From: a virus
Taxonomy: Duplodnaviria; Caudoviricetes
DNA length: 56,556 nt
Virus record (IMG/VR): IMGVR_UViG_3300045944_000167
Coordinates: 1 to 56,556 of that record
Strand: one strand, 5' to 3'
This document shows, piece by piece, positions 27,387 through 35,249 of this stretch (position 1 is its first letter; the number at the start of each line of letters is the position of its first letter). Made by a program: the position numbers and the translations under genes. The notes beneath the pieces were generated by a model. That model did no database searches. It was not told the origin of the DNA and saw nothing but the letters and a program-made list of their open reading frames with translations.

Positions 27387-27462
27387 AATTGTTTAAAAAA
27401 CAAGGCTTCGCGCGCCGGTGTCGCCGTCGGGCGACGTTTTTTACTTTCCCCCCCCGCCAAAC
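27387..27462 (-). other. Putative cos/packaging region
   Basis: Intergenic HNH-terS; G8 run, A-runs, GACACCGGCGC, T-run. Confidence 0.55.
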
Positions 27463-28269
27463 TCACAGCAGTTCCCCCTGTCGCGCAGCGGGTGCTGTGG
27501 GCTTAGCCTGTGCATCGCTCACAGTTGTGAGACTGGCAGCCAAGAGGTCGCCTTGCCTGGGCATACGGTCGCTCTTCATGCTATTGCATAGGCGATGCGC
27601 GATCGATGTATTCGCCAAACTGTGTGCGCCACCTTTTTTGATCGGAACGATATGCTCGTGCGTTGGATATCGGTCATGGTTTGGCGGTAGCTTGAGCAGC
27701 CGCTCAGTCATTCGTTTCCCGCACAAGTAGCATCGGATGCGGACGCCGTTACGCCACGCTAACGCCATCAGTTTGCGCACGTTTATACCCGGTTCATAGA
27801 AGACGCCAGCCAGTCGCGCGCGCTGACGTGCCTTCTTGGCGCTGCCTTTCACTTTCTGTCTACGCGCGCGTGCGCGATCTAGCACTGCATTGTGCGCTGC
27901 AATTGCACACGGCTCGCAATATCTCCTAGCCGACGGCGCTCTGAGCGGCAGCAAGGCGTCGCAAGTTCGGCACGAACGTTGGTTCCTGACAGGCGGGGGT
28001 GGGGGCACCTTGGGCGTTGGTGCCGGGCGACATTCGGGCGTGCAGTAGATGATGCCCTGTTGCGACTTCAAGCGACAGAATGCGACGCCGCACGTCGGGC
28101 AGTGCTGCAGCCTATTCTCGCCAGCACGCGCCCGCCGCAGCGCACGCTCGCACGCGATCGAACAGCATCGTTTGAGCGAGTGACGGTTCACCCATGCTGG
28201 CAGCGGCGCCTTGCACCATTCGCACTGGCGCGGCGCGATCTCGTTGCCGAACAGATTCATGTTCGCCAT
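27463..28269 (-). CDS. Cys-rich HNH endonuclease (accessory)
   Basis: Multiple CxxC, CYLCG..THEHIVPIKKGG.H..NTSIAHRLCNSMK. Confidence 0.82.
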   Translation of the reverse strand: MANMNLFGNEIAPRQCEWCKAPLPAWVNRHSLKRCCSIACERALRRARAGENRLQHCPTCGVAFCRLKSQQGIIYCTPECRPAPTPKVPPPPPVRNQRSCRTCDALLPLRAPSARRYCEPCAIAAHNAVLDRARARRQKVKGSAKKARQRARLAGVFYEPGINVRKLMALAWRNGVRIRCYLCGKRMTERLLKLPPNHDRYPTHEHIVPIKKGGAHSLANTSIAHRLCNSMKSDRMPRQGDLLAASLTTVSDAQAKPTAPAARQGELL

Positions 28270-28547
28270 GACTTCGGCAGTCCGTCGAGCGCGAGCTCGG
28301 GTCGCTCGATGTGACGTCCACCCTTCTCGGCATGGCGCTTGTTATCGCAGGAAGCGCAGAGGGTGCGCAGGTTGGAGAGCATGAGCGCCAGGTCGGGACG
28401 CTCGCGCCGGTTGATGATGTGATCGATTCGCGCACTGCCTTTAAGCCGCACGCTGCGGTCGCACACGGTGCAGTGCCAGTGGTCGCGCTTCAAGCACAGG
28501 TAGCGCAGCTCGCGCCAGGCGTTGGAGTGGTAGAAGGGATCGGTCAT
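28257..28547 (-). CDS. Terminase-associated HNH endonuclease
   Basis: Near-identical to 67-354. Confidence 0.9.
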   Translation of the reverse strand: MTDPFYHSNAWRELRYLCLKRDHWHCTVCDRSVRLKGSARIDHIINRRERPDLALMLSNLRTLCASCDNKRHAEKGGRHIERPELALDGLPKSWRT

Positions 28548-28684
28548 GCGCGTCCTTCCCACACGTCGTCCAGGTATTTCAAGTCGGCGTCGGTGCTCTG
28601 GCACTTGGCGTAACGCCACCAGCGGTAGAAGCACCACGAGTGCCACAGGTAGCGCAGATGGCGGATGCCGAGCCAACGTTTCAC
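28544..28684 (-). CDS. 46-aa Trp/Arg-rich peptide
   Basis: Homolog of 351-488; GTG start. Confidence 0.7.
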   Translation of the reverse strand: MKRWLGIRHLRYLWHSWCFYRWWRYAKCQSTDADLKYLDDVWEGRA

Positions 28685-28689
28685 GTGGA

Positions 28690-28794
28690 TCACGCGAGCA
28701 CCCACGCCAGGACGAACGCGAGAACGAGCACCACGACCGCGAGCAGCAGGAGGTAGATCCATGCCGTGTTGTCGTCGTCGTCGAGCCTGCTCAT
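28690..28794 (-). CDS. 34-aa single-transmembrane peptide
   Basis: MSRLDDDDNTAWIYLLLLAVVVLVLAFVLAWVLA. Confidence 0.75.
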   Translation of the reverse strand: MSRLDDDDNTAWIYLLLLAVVVLVLAFVLAWVLA

Positions 28795-29084
28795 GGATCA
28801 CGCTCTCGTTGATAGCGACGGGACTCGACTACGACCGCTGTAGCTCGGGAAAACGATATGTCGGAACGTATGTGCTCCCGGCAGTAGCCAGGTCCGTCGC
28901 CTCGTAGGTTGTTCCAGTTCGTGCCGGGGTAGTGGCACTGCTCCCCGCTTTCCGTCGCTACGTAGGCACAGCGTTGGATGCCCGGCAGTTGCGGTGCCTC
29001 GGCGGGTTTCGTCGGCCGCGTCCAGCCGCAGTCGGTGCAGTAGGTCGCGTGCTCGAGCGTGGCGTGACAGCGCGGACAGTTCAT
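28791..29084 (-). CDS. Zinc-ribbon protein
   Basis: CPRC..CTDCGW plus C..C..YCREH second cluster. Confidence 0.7.
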   Translation of the reverse strand: MNCPRCHATLEHATYCTDCGWTRPTKPAEAPQLPGIQRCAYVATESGEQCHYPGTNWNNLRGDGPGYCREHIRSDISFSRATAVVVESRRYQRERDP

Positions 29085-29773
29085 GCGTTGTCCTTTAACG
29101 GCCACAGGTCGGTCCAGCACTTGAAAGCCGACTGCGCGAGCACGGCACTGGGCGCGTGCCCCTGCGCTTTGAGCTCTTCAAGCTTGGCGACTGCTAGCTG
29201 GAGGGCAAACAAAGTCGGGGGCTTCTTGCTTGCTTTCCTCATTTCAATCCATGCGTTCCATTGTTCGGTAGGTATCCAAGACGGTGGGACAAAAACAGGC
29301 GCGCTAGCGCCAGGCTTTTTCGCCCTTCTTTTCTTCTCTTCACTTCTCTTCACTTCACTTCTCTTCACTTCACTTCTCTTCTCTTCTGCTGTGCGCACCT
29401 GACTGTAGACAGGTGAATTATTTGCAACCTCTTGTTTATGCTCGATTGTCCACGGCGAAATCGGGAAAACTCGCTTGAAATAGCGCGCTCGCTGCCCGAA
29501 TCGCGGAATGTGTAGATAAGCCTTCCCGTCGACCTCGTAGAGGCGCACCAGGTCGGCGTCGGCCAGCTCCGTCAGCGTCTTGCAGGCATGCGGTTCGTTG
29601 TTGATCCCGAAGTCGCGCCACAGGCGCATCAGGCGGAACGAATCGGCGCTGAAATTCCCGTAGGAGTCGGCCTTGAGGAGGAGCGCAATGAATGCGAGCC
29701 GGTCGGCGTTGTCCTTCAGGCGCAGCCACCGCTCGGACTCCAGTAGCTCGTCGCGTATCAGGCGATCTGGCAC
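29081..29773 (-). CDS. Putative replication initiator
   Basis: Same N-domain as 1823-2431; C-terminal P.WIP...W..W..MRK domain typical of phage initiators. Confidence 0.7.
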   Translation of the reverse strand: MPDRLIRDELLESERWLRLKDNADRLAFIALLLKADSYGNFSADSFRLMRLWRDFGINNEPHACKTLTELADADLVRLYEVDGKAYLHIPRFGQRARYFKRVFPISPWTIEHKQEVANNSPVYSQVRTAEEKRSEVKRSEVKRSEEKKRRAKKPGASAPVFVPPSWIPTEQWNAWIEMRKASKKPPTLFALQLAVAKLEELKAQGHAPSAVLAQSAFKCWTDLWPLKDNA

Positions 29774-30169
29774 TCACCTGCCCTCCACGATCTTGATCGC
29801 ATCCGCGATCGAGCGCGCGACGCCCGAGACGCCGTTGTTGGCCCGGATCTTGGCGAGCACGAATTCCTGCTCGTCCGTCAGGCGCCCACGGGCGGACTTG
29901 CACTCGATCGCCAGCAGGCGCCCGTCCCGCATCTGCCCGAGGATGTCCGGGCAGCCGGGGAAGCCGAAGCGCACGTATCTGCCGTCGGGCATCTTGCAGG
30001 AGCCCGTGTTCATCCTGACGACCCAGGACACCGCCGGATGCAGGCGCAGTGCCTTGAGCACGGCGTTGAGCACCCCCTGCTCCGGGTGCCGGTTGGTGCG
30101 CCGCGGGCCGGGCGAGGCCTCGCCGCCGAAGAGCCGCGCCTGCCACGCCTGGCGGGTTGCGAGGCTCAT
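29774..30169 (-). CDS. VRR-NUC domain nuclease
   Basis: Homolog of 2432-2827. Confidence 0.85.
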   Translation of the reverse strand: MSLATRQAWQARLFGGEASPGPRRTNRHPEQGVLNAVLKALRLHPAVSWVVRMNTGSCKMPDGRYVRFGFPGCPDILGQMRDGRLLAIECKSARGRLTDEQEFVLAKIRANNGVSGVARSIADAIKIVEGR

Positions 30170-30408
30170 GCCGGCCCCGGGATCAAATGCCGCGCATCAT
30201 CGGCAAGCGTGCCGTCCGCCTCGAGGATCAGAACGAGCGGAAATAGCGGGAGCGAATAGTCATCGCGCAACCTGTCCTGCGTGCGCCCGCGCTGCGCGAT
30301 GCGCACGAAAAAGCGGGCGGCGGCTTTCTGATTGTTGGGCGCGCGGTTCACGGGATAGGCCGGGGCGAAAGAGTAGAGGCGAGTTTCATTTCCCCTTGCC
30401 TCCCTCAA
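30166..30408 (-). CDS. Hypothetical protein
   Basis: Fills operon between RHH gene and VRR-NUC with ATGA overlap; start uncertain. Confidence 0.45.
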   Translation of the reverse strand: MREARGNETRLYSFAPAYPVNRAPNNQKAAARFFVRIAQRGRTQDRLRDDYSLPLFPLVLILEADGTLADDARHLIPGPA

Positions 30409-30613
30409 GATCCCCGAGAATCCCGCTGAATCCCGCGCTGCGATAACGGCGCGCGGCTATGCTGACCGTATGCACTCGACCAAGCAGGGATTCTTCGAGG
30501 AGGAGCCGCGCCATTTCGGCGTTGTCCTTGTCCTCGATATCGGCGATGACGGAGAGCACCTTGTGCGCCTCTGGCGACAGGCGAACGTGTATGGACTTGA
30601 GCGGCTCGCTCAC
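30386..30613 (-). CDS. Ribbon-helix-helix-like regulator at CII position
   Basis: SIHVRLSPEAH..L..A..E..AEMARLLL. Confidence 0.65.
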   Translation of the reverse strand: MSEPLKSIHVRLSPEAHKVLSVIADIEDKDNAEMARLLLEESLLGRVHTVSIAARRYRSAGFSGILGDLEGGKGK

Positions 30614-30819
30614 GCAGCAGCCTCTCCTGTCTGCTTGCTGCGCCTGATCGCCTTGGCAATGGCCGTGATGTTCTTGTAGGTGGGGCAGGATTTGTAATGC
30701 CCGCGGCCGATCTGCTCGACCATCGAGGCCGACACACCAGCCGCCTCCGCGATCGACTTCCGCTCGCTCGGAGTGCGGCGTTTCAGATCTCTCGTGATTT
30801 CGACCAACAAGTCAGCCAT
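30610..30819 (-). CDS. cro: Cro-like HTH protein
   Basis: IAEAAGVSASMVEQI..G..PT; divergent from CI-like gene. Confidence 0.75.
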   Translation of the reverse strand: MADLLVEITRDLKRRTPSERKSIAEAAGVSASMVEQIGRGHYKSCPTYKNITAIAKAIRRSKQTGEAAA

Positions 30820-30833
30820 ATGCTACTCGAAGC

Positions 30834-30868
30834 GCAAAGTTTTGAGCATCTTAGCGGCAAACTTTTGC
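30834..30868. promoter_or_regulatory. Operator pair between cro and cI
   Basis: GCAAAGTTTTGA and GCAAACTTTTGC; same motif at 31696 and 31719. Confidence 0.7.
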
Positions 30869-30870
30869 CG

Positions 30871-31353
30871 ATGCAACCGAGTAACGTTTTCTCGGTGAAA
30901 AAGCGCGGCGTATTAGAAATAATTGCGGAAAATTTGGGTTACTTCATGAACCGGATTGACTGCGAGTATCCCAATGCCAACGCCTTAGGCAAGGCGGCGA
31001 AAGTGTCACCCAATACAGTGCGCAACCTTCGCCATCCAGAGCGGCGCACGAAGACAATCAAGAAAGGCCAGGGCTACCCGACTGTCGATAAGCTCGAAGC
31101 ATTGGCCGCGAAGTTACCCAAGTGCGAAACATGGATGCTGCTACACCCCGAGCTCCGGCGGGCTTTGCGTGCAATGGAAATGGACACCAAGATTCAGACT
31201 GAGTACACCCGACCACCTGATGAGGGCGGACAGACGGCTATGGGGAAGAACACCAATGAGGATCAGCGAGAAGGAGCGCGAAGTGCTAAGAAGTTAAAGG
31301 TTCCGACCGACAAGAACATCGAGCGCATTCTCGGGTTACCGCCTCGGCGGTGA
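30871..31353 (+). CDS. cI: CI-like repressor (no S24 peptidase domain seen)
   Basis: IAENL..ALGKAAKVSPNTVRNL..PTVDKLEALA..W.LL; start uncertain (30871 or 30895). Confidence 0.7.
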   Translation: MQPSNVFSVKKRGVLEIIAENLGYFMNRIDCEYPNANALGKAAKVSPNTVRNLRHPERRTKTIKKGQGYPTVDKLEALAAKLPKCETWMLLHPELRRALRAMEMDTKIQTEYTRPPDEGGQTAMGKNTNEDQREGARSAKKLKVPTDKNIERILGLPPRR

Positions 31354-31362
31354 GCCCATTCG

Positions 31363-31593
31363 ATGGGCCACGTGATATTCATCCTGCTTCACGTCATTGC
31401 CCTGCTTTTCGGGGCGGTGATGCTCGTCATTACCATCCCGGCGCACCTGATCTATTCAGCGGTGCGTATGAACCGTCCGCGCGATAAGAAGCCGAATGCT
31501 TGGACACACGTAAAATGCCCGGACTGCCGGGAATTGGTCCTGAAGGACGCCAGCGTGTGCAAGCATTGCGGCTGCAAACTCGTCCCCCAGTAG
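31363..31593 (+). CDS. Membrane protein with C-terminal zinc ribbon
   Basis: Hydrophobic N-terminus; KCPDCRE..ASVCKHCG. Confidence 0.75.
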   Translation: MGHVIFILLHVIALLFGAVMLVITIPAHLIYSAVRMNRPRDKKPNAWTHVKCPDCRELVLKDASVCKHCGCKLVPQ

Positions 31594-31695
31594 AGGGTCG
31601 GGCTTTGGCCATAGGCGGAATACAGCCTGCCTAGGGTTCCGGCCCGCCCGGCGCGACCAGACGACCCTGCCGAGAGCTGGTCCCTTCAGTGATGC

Positions 31696-31737
31696 GCAAA
31701 GTTTTGCTTGACCAATACGCAAAGTTTTGCGCATAAT
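31696..31737 (+). promoter_or_regulatory. pL-like promoter with two operators
   Basis: TTGACC-18-CATAAT with GCAAAGTTTTGC at 31696 and 31719. Confidence 0.8.
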
Positions 31738-31760
31738 GCCCTCCATCAAAGGAGGGCGTC

Positions 31761-31994
31761 ATGCCAACAACCGCAGTCCGCAGTCCCCGCAATACCGAAG
31801 CCTCGCCTGCCCGCATCACGCAGGGCGAGCTCGACAACGCCTACAACGTCGTGGGCGTCACCCGCGTGCCGCGTGCGCCGGGCTCGCTCGACATCGTGCT
31901 GCGCAGGGGTAGCCGCAGGCTGCGCCTGCGCATGAGCCGCGCAAGGGCGGAAACGCTGGGTCTCATGCTGGTGCTGGCGACGGCGACACGCTGA
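31761..31994 (+). CDS. Hypothetical early protein
   Basis: AAGGAGG RBS right after promoter. Confidence 0.7.
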   Translation: MPTTAVRSPRNTEASPARITQGELDNAYNVVGVTRVPRAPGSLDIVLRRGSRRLRLRMSRARAETLGLMLVLATATR

Positions 31995-31995
31995 T

Positions 31996-32247
31996 ATGCA
32001 CCGCAACCGCGGCCTGGCGATGAAGCTGCGCCACCAGCAGAGGAGGCAGACGACGATGAGCGACACCCCGCGCACCGACAATTTCGCGACCCTGGTCCCG
32101 CCGATCCACCTGCCGGCGAGCCTGCCTAGAGAGGACGCGCGCCGACTCGCCGAGGACATCCGCGTGCTCATGCTCCACTGGTCCGCGTTCGCGCGCGAGC
32201 TCGAGCGCGAGCTCATGATGTCAACGCCGAAGGAGTGGCGCGAGTAA
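31996..32247 (+). CDS. Conserved hypothetical early protein
   Basis: Homolog of 4129-4377. Confidence 0.75.
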   Translation: MHRNRGLAMKLRHQQRRQTTMSDTPRTDNFATLVPPIHLPASLPREDARRLAEDIRVLMLHWSAFARELERELMMSTPKEWRE

Positions 32248-32392
32248 GGAAGTTCCAACCGAACCACGGCGGCATCCGTGGCAACCGCGCTCACGACGGT
32301 CCATCGTGTCCCGCGCCGCACCGGCAAGTGCGGTTCCCTGATGAACCTCCAACCAAATGCTTGGGGCTTCTTCATTCAAGGAGATTTGGCAA

Positions 32393-32731
32393 ATGAATAA
32401 AGTCGCAATGTTGTTGAAAACTAGAATCGAGACGGCACCGAAACCGCTACTGACGGTAACTCAGTTGGTGGCGATGGTGATTATCGATGAGGAGGTGCTC
32501 GAAGCCTGCGCGCGTTACCTGAACGGCCAGAAGACACAGAACGGCAGCGACCAGGCTGACCGCTGTGACGCTGGCAAGGTGGTGCGCGAAAGGCTGAGAG
32601 AGCGCGGCCAGTACATCCCGCCGAGTGTGACCAATATGGATCTGGCGCGAGGCGTCAGAAAAGTTTGGAAGCGCAGCGGGATTGAGACCGGCCGTAACGG
32701 CAAGCTGCTGACGGCAGTGGTAGACGAGTAA
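32393..32731 (+). CDS. Hypothetical protein (112 aa)
   Basis: AAGGAG RBS; unit-specific. Confidence 0.7.
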   Translation: MNKVAMLLKTRIETAPKPLLTVTQLVAMVIIDEEVLEACARYLNGQKTQNGSDQADRCDAGKVVRERLRERGQYIPPSVTNMDLARGVRKVWKRSGIETGRNGKLLTAVVDE

Positions 32732-32787
32732 CAGCAGTAAGCGGGCGCGTCGGATGACGGCGCGCCCGCCTCATCGGAGAGACGAAC

Positions 32788-33711
32788 ATGACCGCAACAA
32801 TTCTTGACCACCCGAACCGCCCGACCTGGGCCAACGTGCGCGAGCTTTATAACCGCGCGACACAGATGGAAAAGCAAACAGTCGGCGCCTACGCTGATCT
32901 CGGCGACATGCTGATTGGGTTGAAGCACGACCCGAAAACGCCTCACGGGGAATTCTTGGCCCGGTGCGCAGAGGCGTTCGGGCAAAGACCGGACGCGTCC
33001 GGTCTTTCGAGGAAGCAACAGAAGGTCGTGGCAGATCGCGCCAGCAACTACATGCGCCTGGCATCGTTCCGCGAGGTGTGGGAAGCGCACAACCCCACCA
33101 GCATACGCGGAGCACTAGGCCTGCTGCCGAAGCCCCAGAAATCGTGCCGCATGGGCTGGTCCGCCTATCTTCGGGACCGGTTTGGCGCAAAAACCGATCG
33201 TCAGTTCAGCGGCATTCGCAACAACCGCAAGGCCGAAGTCGAGGAGCTGCTCCGCTCATTCGGCATCGCCGCTGATGGTCCCGACAAGGGTTGCCTGACG
33301 AGCCCGGAGCAGGCCAAGGCATTCGGTGATGCGTGGCTGCGCACGTTCACCCCGGAAGTCGAGCCGCCGACGCTCGACCCGAAGAGCAGGCAAGCCGTGC
33401 AGCGCGCCATCGACGCGGAAGCGTCTAAGCTGGCGAAAGAATTCCACGGCGTCGTGGAGGAGGCAGTCCGTGAGAAGGTCAAGGTCAACACGGCGCACCT
33501 GATCGAAGAGATGACCGCAGATATCGCGGAAGCCAAGCGCAAGGAAAGAAACTACGACAAGGCTCTCGCGGGTCTCAAGGGATTCATGACGCGGGACGAG
33601 TTCCGCCTAATCCTGAACTGCCTGCATCCCGACCGGGCGCCGGAGGATCGGCGCGAACGCTTCGCAGAGGCGTTCGCGGTGATGAACCGGCTCGGCGGAG
33701 TATTCGAATAA
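32788..33711 (+). CDS. DUF3102-like protein with C-terminal HPD motif
   Basis: LGDML..K..HGEF..ASNYMRLA; C-terminal LHPDR..F..AF. Confidence 0.6.
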   Translation: MTATILDHPNRPTWANVRELYNRATQMEKQTVGAYADLGDMLIGLKHDPKTPHGEFLARCAEAFGQRPDASGLSRKQQKVVADRASNYMRLASFREVWEAHNPTSIRGALGLLPKPQKSCRMGWSAYLRDRFGAKTDRQFSGIRNNRKAEVEELLRSFGIAADGPDKGCLTSPEQAKAFGDAWLRTFTPEVEPPTLDPKSRQAVQRAIDAEASKLAKEFHGVVEEAVREKVKVNTAHLIEEMTADIAEAKRKERNYDKALAGLKGFMTRDEFRLILNCLHPDRAPEDRRERFAEAFAVMNRLGGVFE

Positions 33712-33929
33712 TGGCACTCCCTAGCAAGCACGACAATCCAGACGTGCTCCTGTTCATGGGCGGCATGTCGATGCGCGATTACTTCGCCGCCGCCGCGCTG
33801 CAAGGCTATATCGCATCGTGGCCGCAGGACGGGGCGAGCATGGTGGAGCGCACCGACAAGGTGTCGATGATGTGCTTCAAGTTCGCCGACGCCATGCTGG
33901 CCGAGCGGATGAAGCGTAATGATGCGTGA
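33711..33929 (+). CDS. Small phage protein with GMSxRDYFAA motif
   Basis: GMSMRDYFAAAALQG..ADAMLAER, a widespread lambdoid early-gene motif. Confidence 0.8.
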   Translation: MALPSKHDNPDVLLFMGGMSMRDYFAAAALQGYIASWPQDGASMVERTDKVSMMCFKFADAMLAERMKRNDA

Positions 33930-34095
33930 GCGCCTCGTCACCGCGCTCCATCTCGCGCTGATCCTCCTGATATTCGGCATTGCCGGCGCGCTCGACCTGG
34001 CCGAAGCGGAGCGCATCGAGCGTGACCGCTACGCAGCAGCGCATGGATGCCCGCCCGACTGGAACAAGGAGAACGATCATGTCAGCACTCGCTAA
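33919..34095 (+). CDS. 58-aa membrane peptide (not in ORF track)
   Basis: MMRERLVTALHLALILLIFGIAGALD..; overlaps both neighbours. Confidence 0.6.
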   Translation: MMRERLVTALHLALILLIFGIAGALDLAEAERIERDRYAAAHGCPPDWNKENDHVSTR

Positions 34096-34999
34096 ACAGG
34101 ACGGCGGCGCCGTGCTCGAGCAGGTCTTGATCCAGGGCGACCTGTCGAAGCTCAAGCCGGAAGAGCGCGTCATGTATTACCGCAAGGTGTGCGAATCGCA
34201 GGGTCTCAACCCATTAACAAAGCCCTTCGAATACATCATGCTGAACGGGAAGCTTCGCCTCTATGCGCTTCGCGACTGCACCGACCAGCTGCGCCGGATA
34301 CACGGGGTGTCGATCAGCATCCGCTCGCGCGAGCTCGTAGAAGGCTGCTACGTGGTGACCGCGGCGGCGACCGACAAGGACGGCCGGCACGACGAGGCGA
34401 TCGGCGCCGTGCCGATCGACGGGCTGAAGGGCGAGGCGCGCAGCAACGCTCTCATGAAATGCGAGACCAAGGCCAAGCGCCGCGTGACGCTCTCGATCTG
34501 CGGGATGGGCTGGCTCGACGAGAGCGAGGTCGACTCGATCCCCGGCGCCGAGACGGGCCTGCCTTCGGCACCGATCGGCCCGACGACCGGCGCGCTGGCC
34601 GCTCTAACTGCCGCGAAGCAGGAGATCATCATGGCAACGGCAGCGCAGATAAAAGGCAAGTTTGCCGAGGACAAGGCCGACGAGGGATATGCCCTCGCCG
34701 TCACCTCTGGCTTCGACCCCGAAGAGCTCAAGGCGCTTTGGTCGCTCCTGCCCTCCGGTATCCGGTCGGCTTTGAAGCGCATGGACGCGGCCGAACTGGC
34801 CCAGACTCAGGGCACCATCACCGAGCCGCAGAAAAAGCGCCTGGAAGCACTCGTCAAGGAATACAAGCTCGACCGTGCGACGGTCAAAGACTATTGCCTG
34901 AAAGCGTATGGCAAGGAACATTTCGGGGATCTGACGCCGAGCGAATATTCCGACTTGGAGGAGACGCTGAAGGCCCTCAAGGAAGAGCAGGCAGACTGA
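34079..34999 (+). CDS. Single-strand annealing recombinase (RecT/Bet-like)
   Basis: Homolog of 4374-5291; AAGGAG RBS. Confidence 0.7.
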   Translation: MSALAKQDGGAVLEQVLIQGDLSKLKPEERVMYYRKVCESQGLNPLTKPFEYIMLNGKLRLYALRDCTDQLRRIHGVSISIRSRELVEGCYVVTAAATDKDGRHDEAIGAVPIDGLKGEARSNALMKCETKAKRRVTLSICGMGWLDESEVDSIPGAETGLPSAPIGPTTGALAALTAAKQEIIMATAAQIKGKFAEDKADEGYALAVTSGFDPEELKALWSLLPSGIRSALKRMDAAELAQTQGTITEPQKKRLEALVKEYKLDRATVKDYCLKAYGKEHFGDLTPSEYSDLEETLKALKEEQAD

Positions 35000-35001
35000 G
35001 C

Positions 35002-35244
35002 ATGGCGCTCTACCTCACTCCAGAGGAAGTCTACGAACTGACCGATCGCCGAACGGCACCGGCGCAGGCAAAGCGGCTGCAGGCGCTGGGCATCCGGTTT
35101 ATTTACAGGAAGGGCGGAAAGGTCAAGGTCGCCGCGAACGATGTGCCGAACCTGCGCCAGGACGACGCCAGCCACGACGAGGCCGCAGAGCCCGATTTTT
35201 CGATGTTCGACCGGCGCGATAGACTCAAAGGCAGGGAGGATTAG
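35002..35244 (+). CDS. Putative excisionase (DUF4224-like)
   Basis: Homolog of 5527-5766. Confidence 0.75.
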   Translation: MALYLTPEEVYELTDRRTAPAQAKRLQALGIRFIYRKGGKVKVAANDVPNLRQDDASHDEAAEPDFSMFDRRDRLKGRED

Positions 35245-35249
35245 ACAAC

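Noticed and set aside
29325-29387. CRISPR-like or standalone repeat array
   Set aside because: Short low-complexity coding repeats without spacers; no cas genes
32338-32380. Hammerhead ribozyme suggested by CTGATGA
   Set aside because: No GAAA core segment after a stem II
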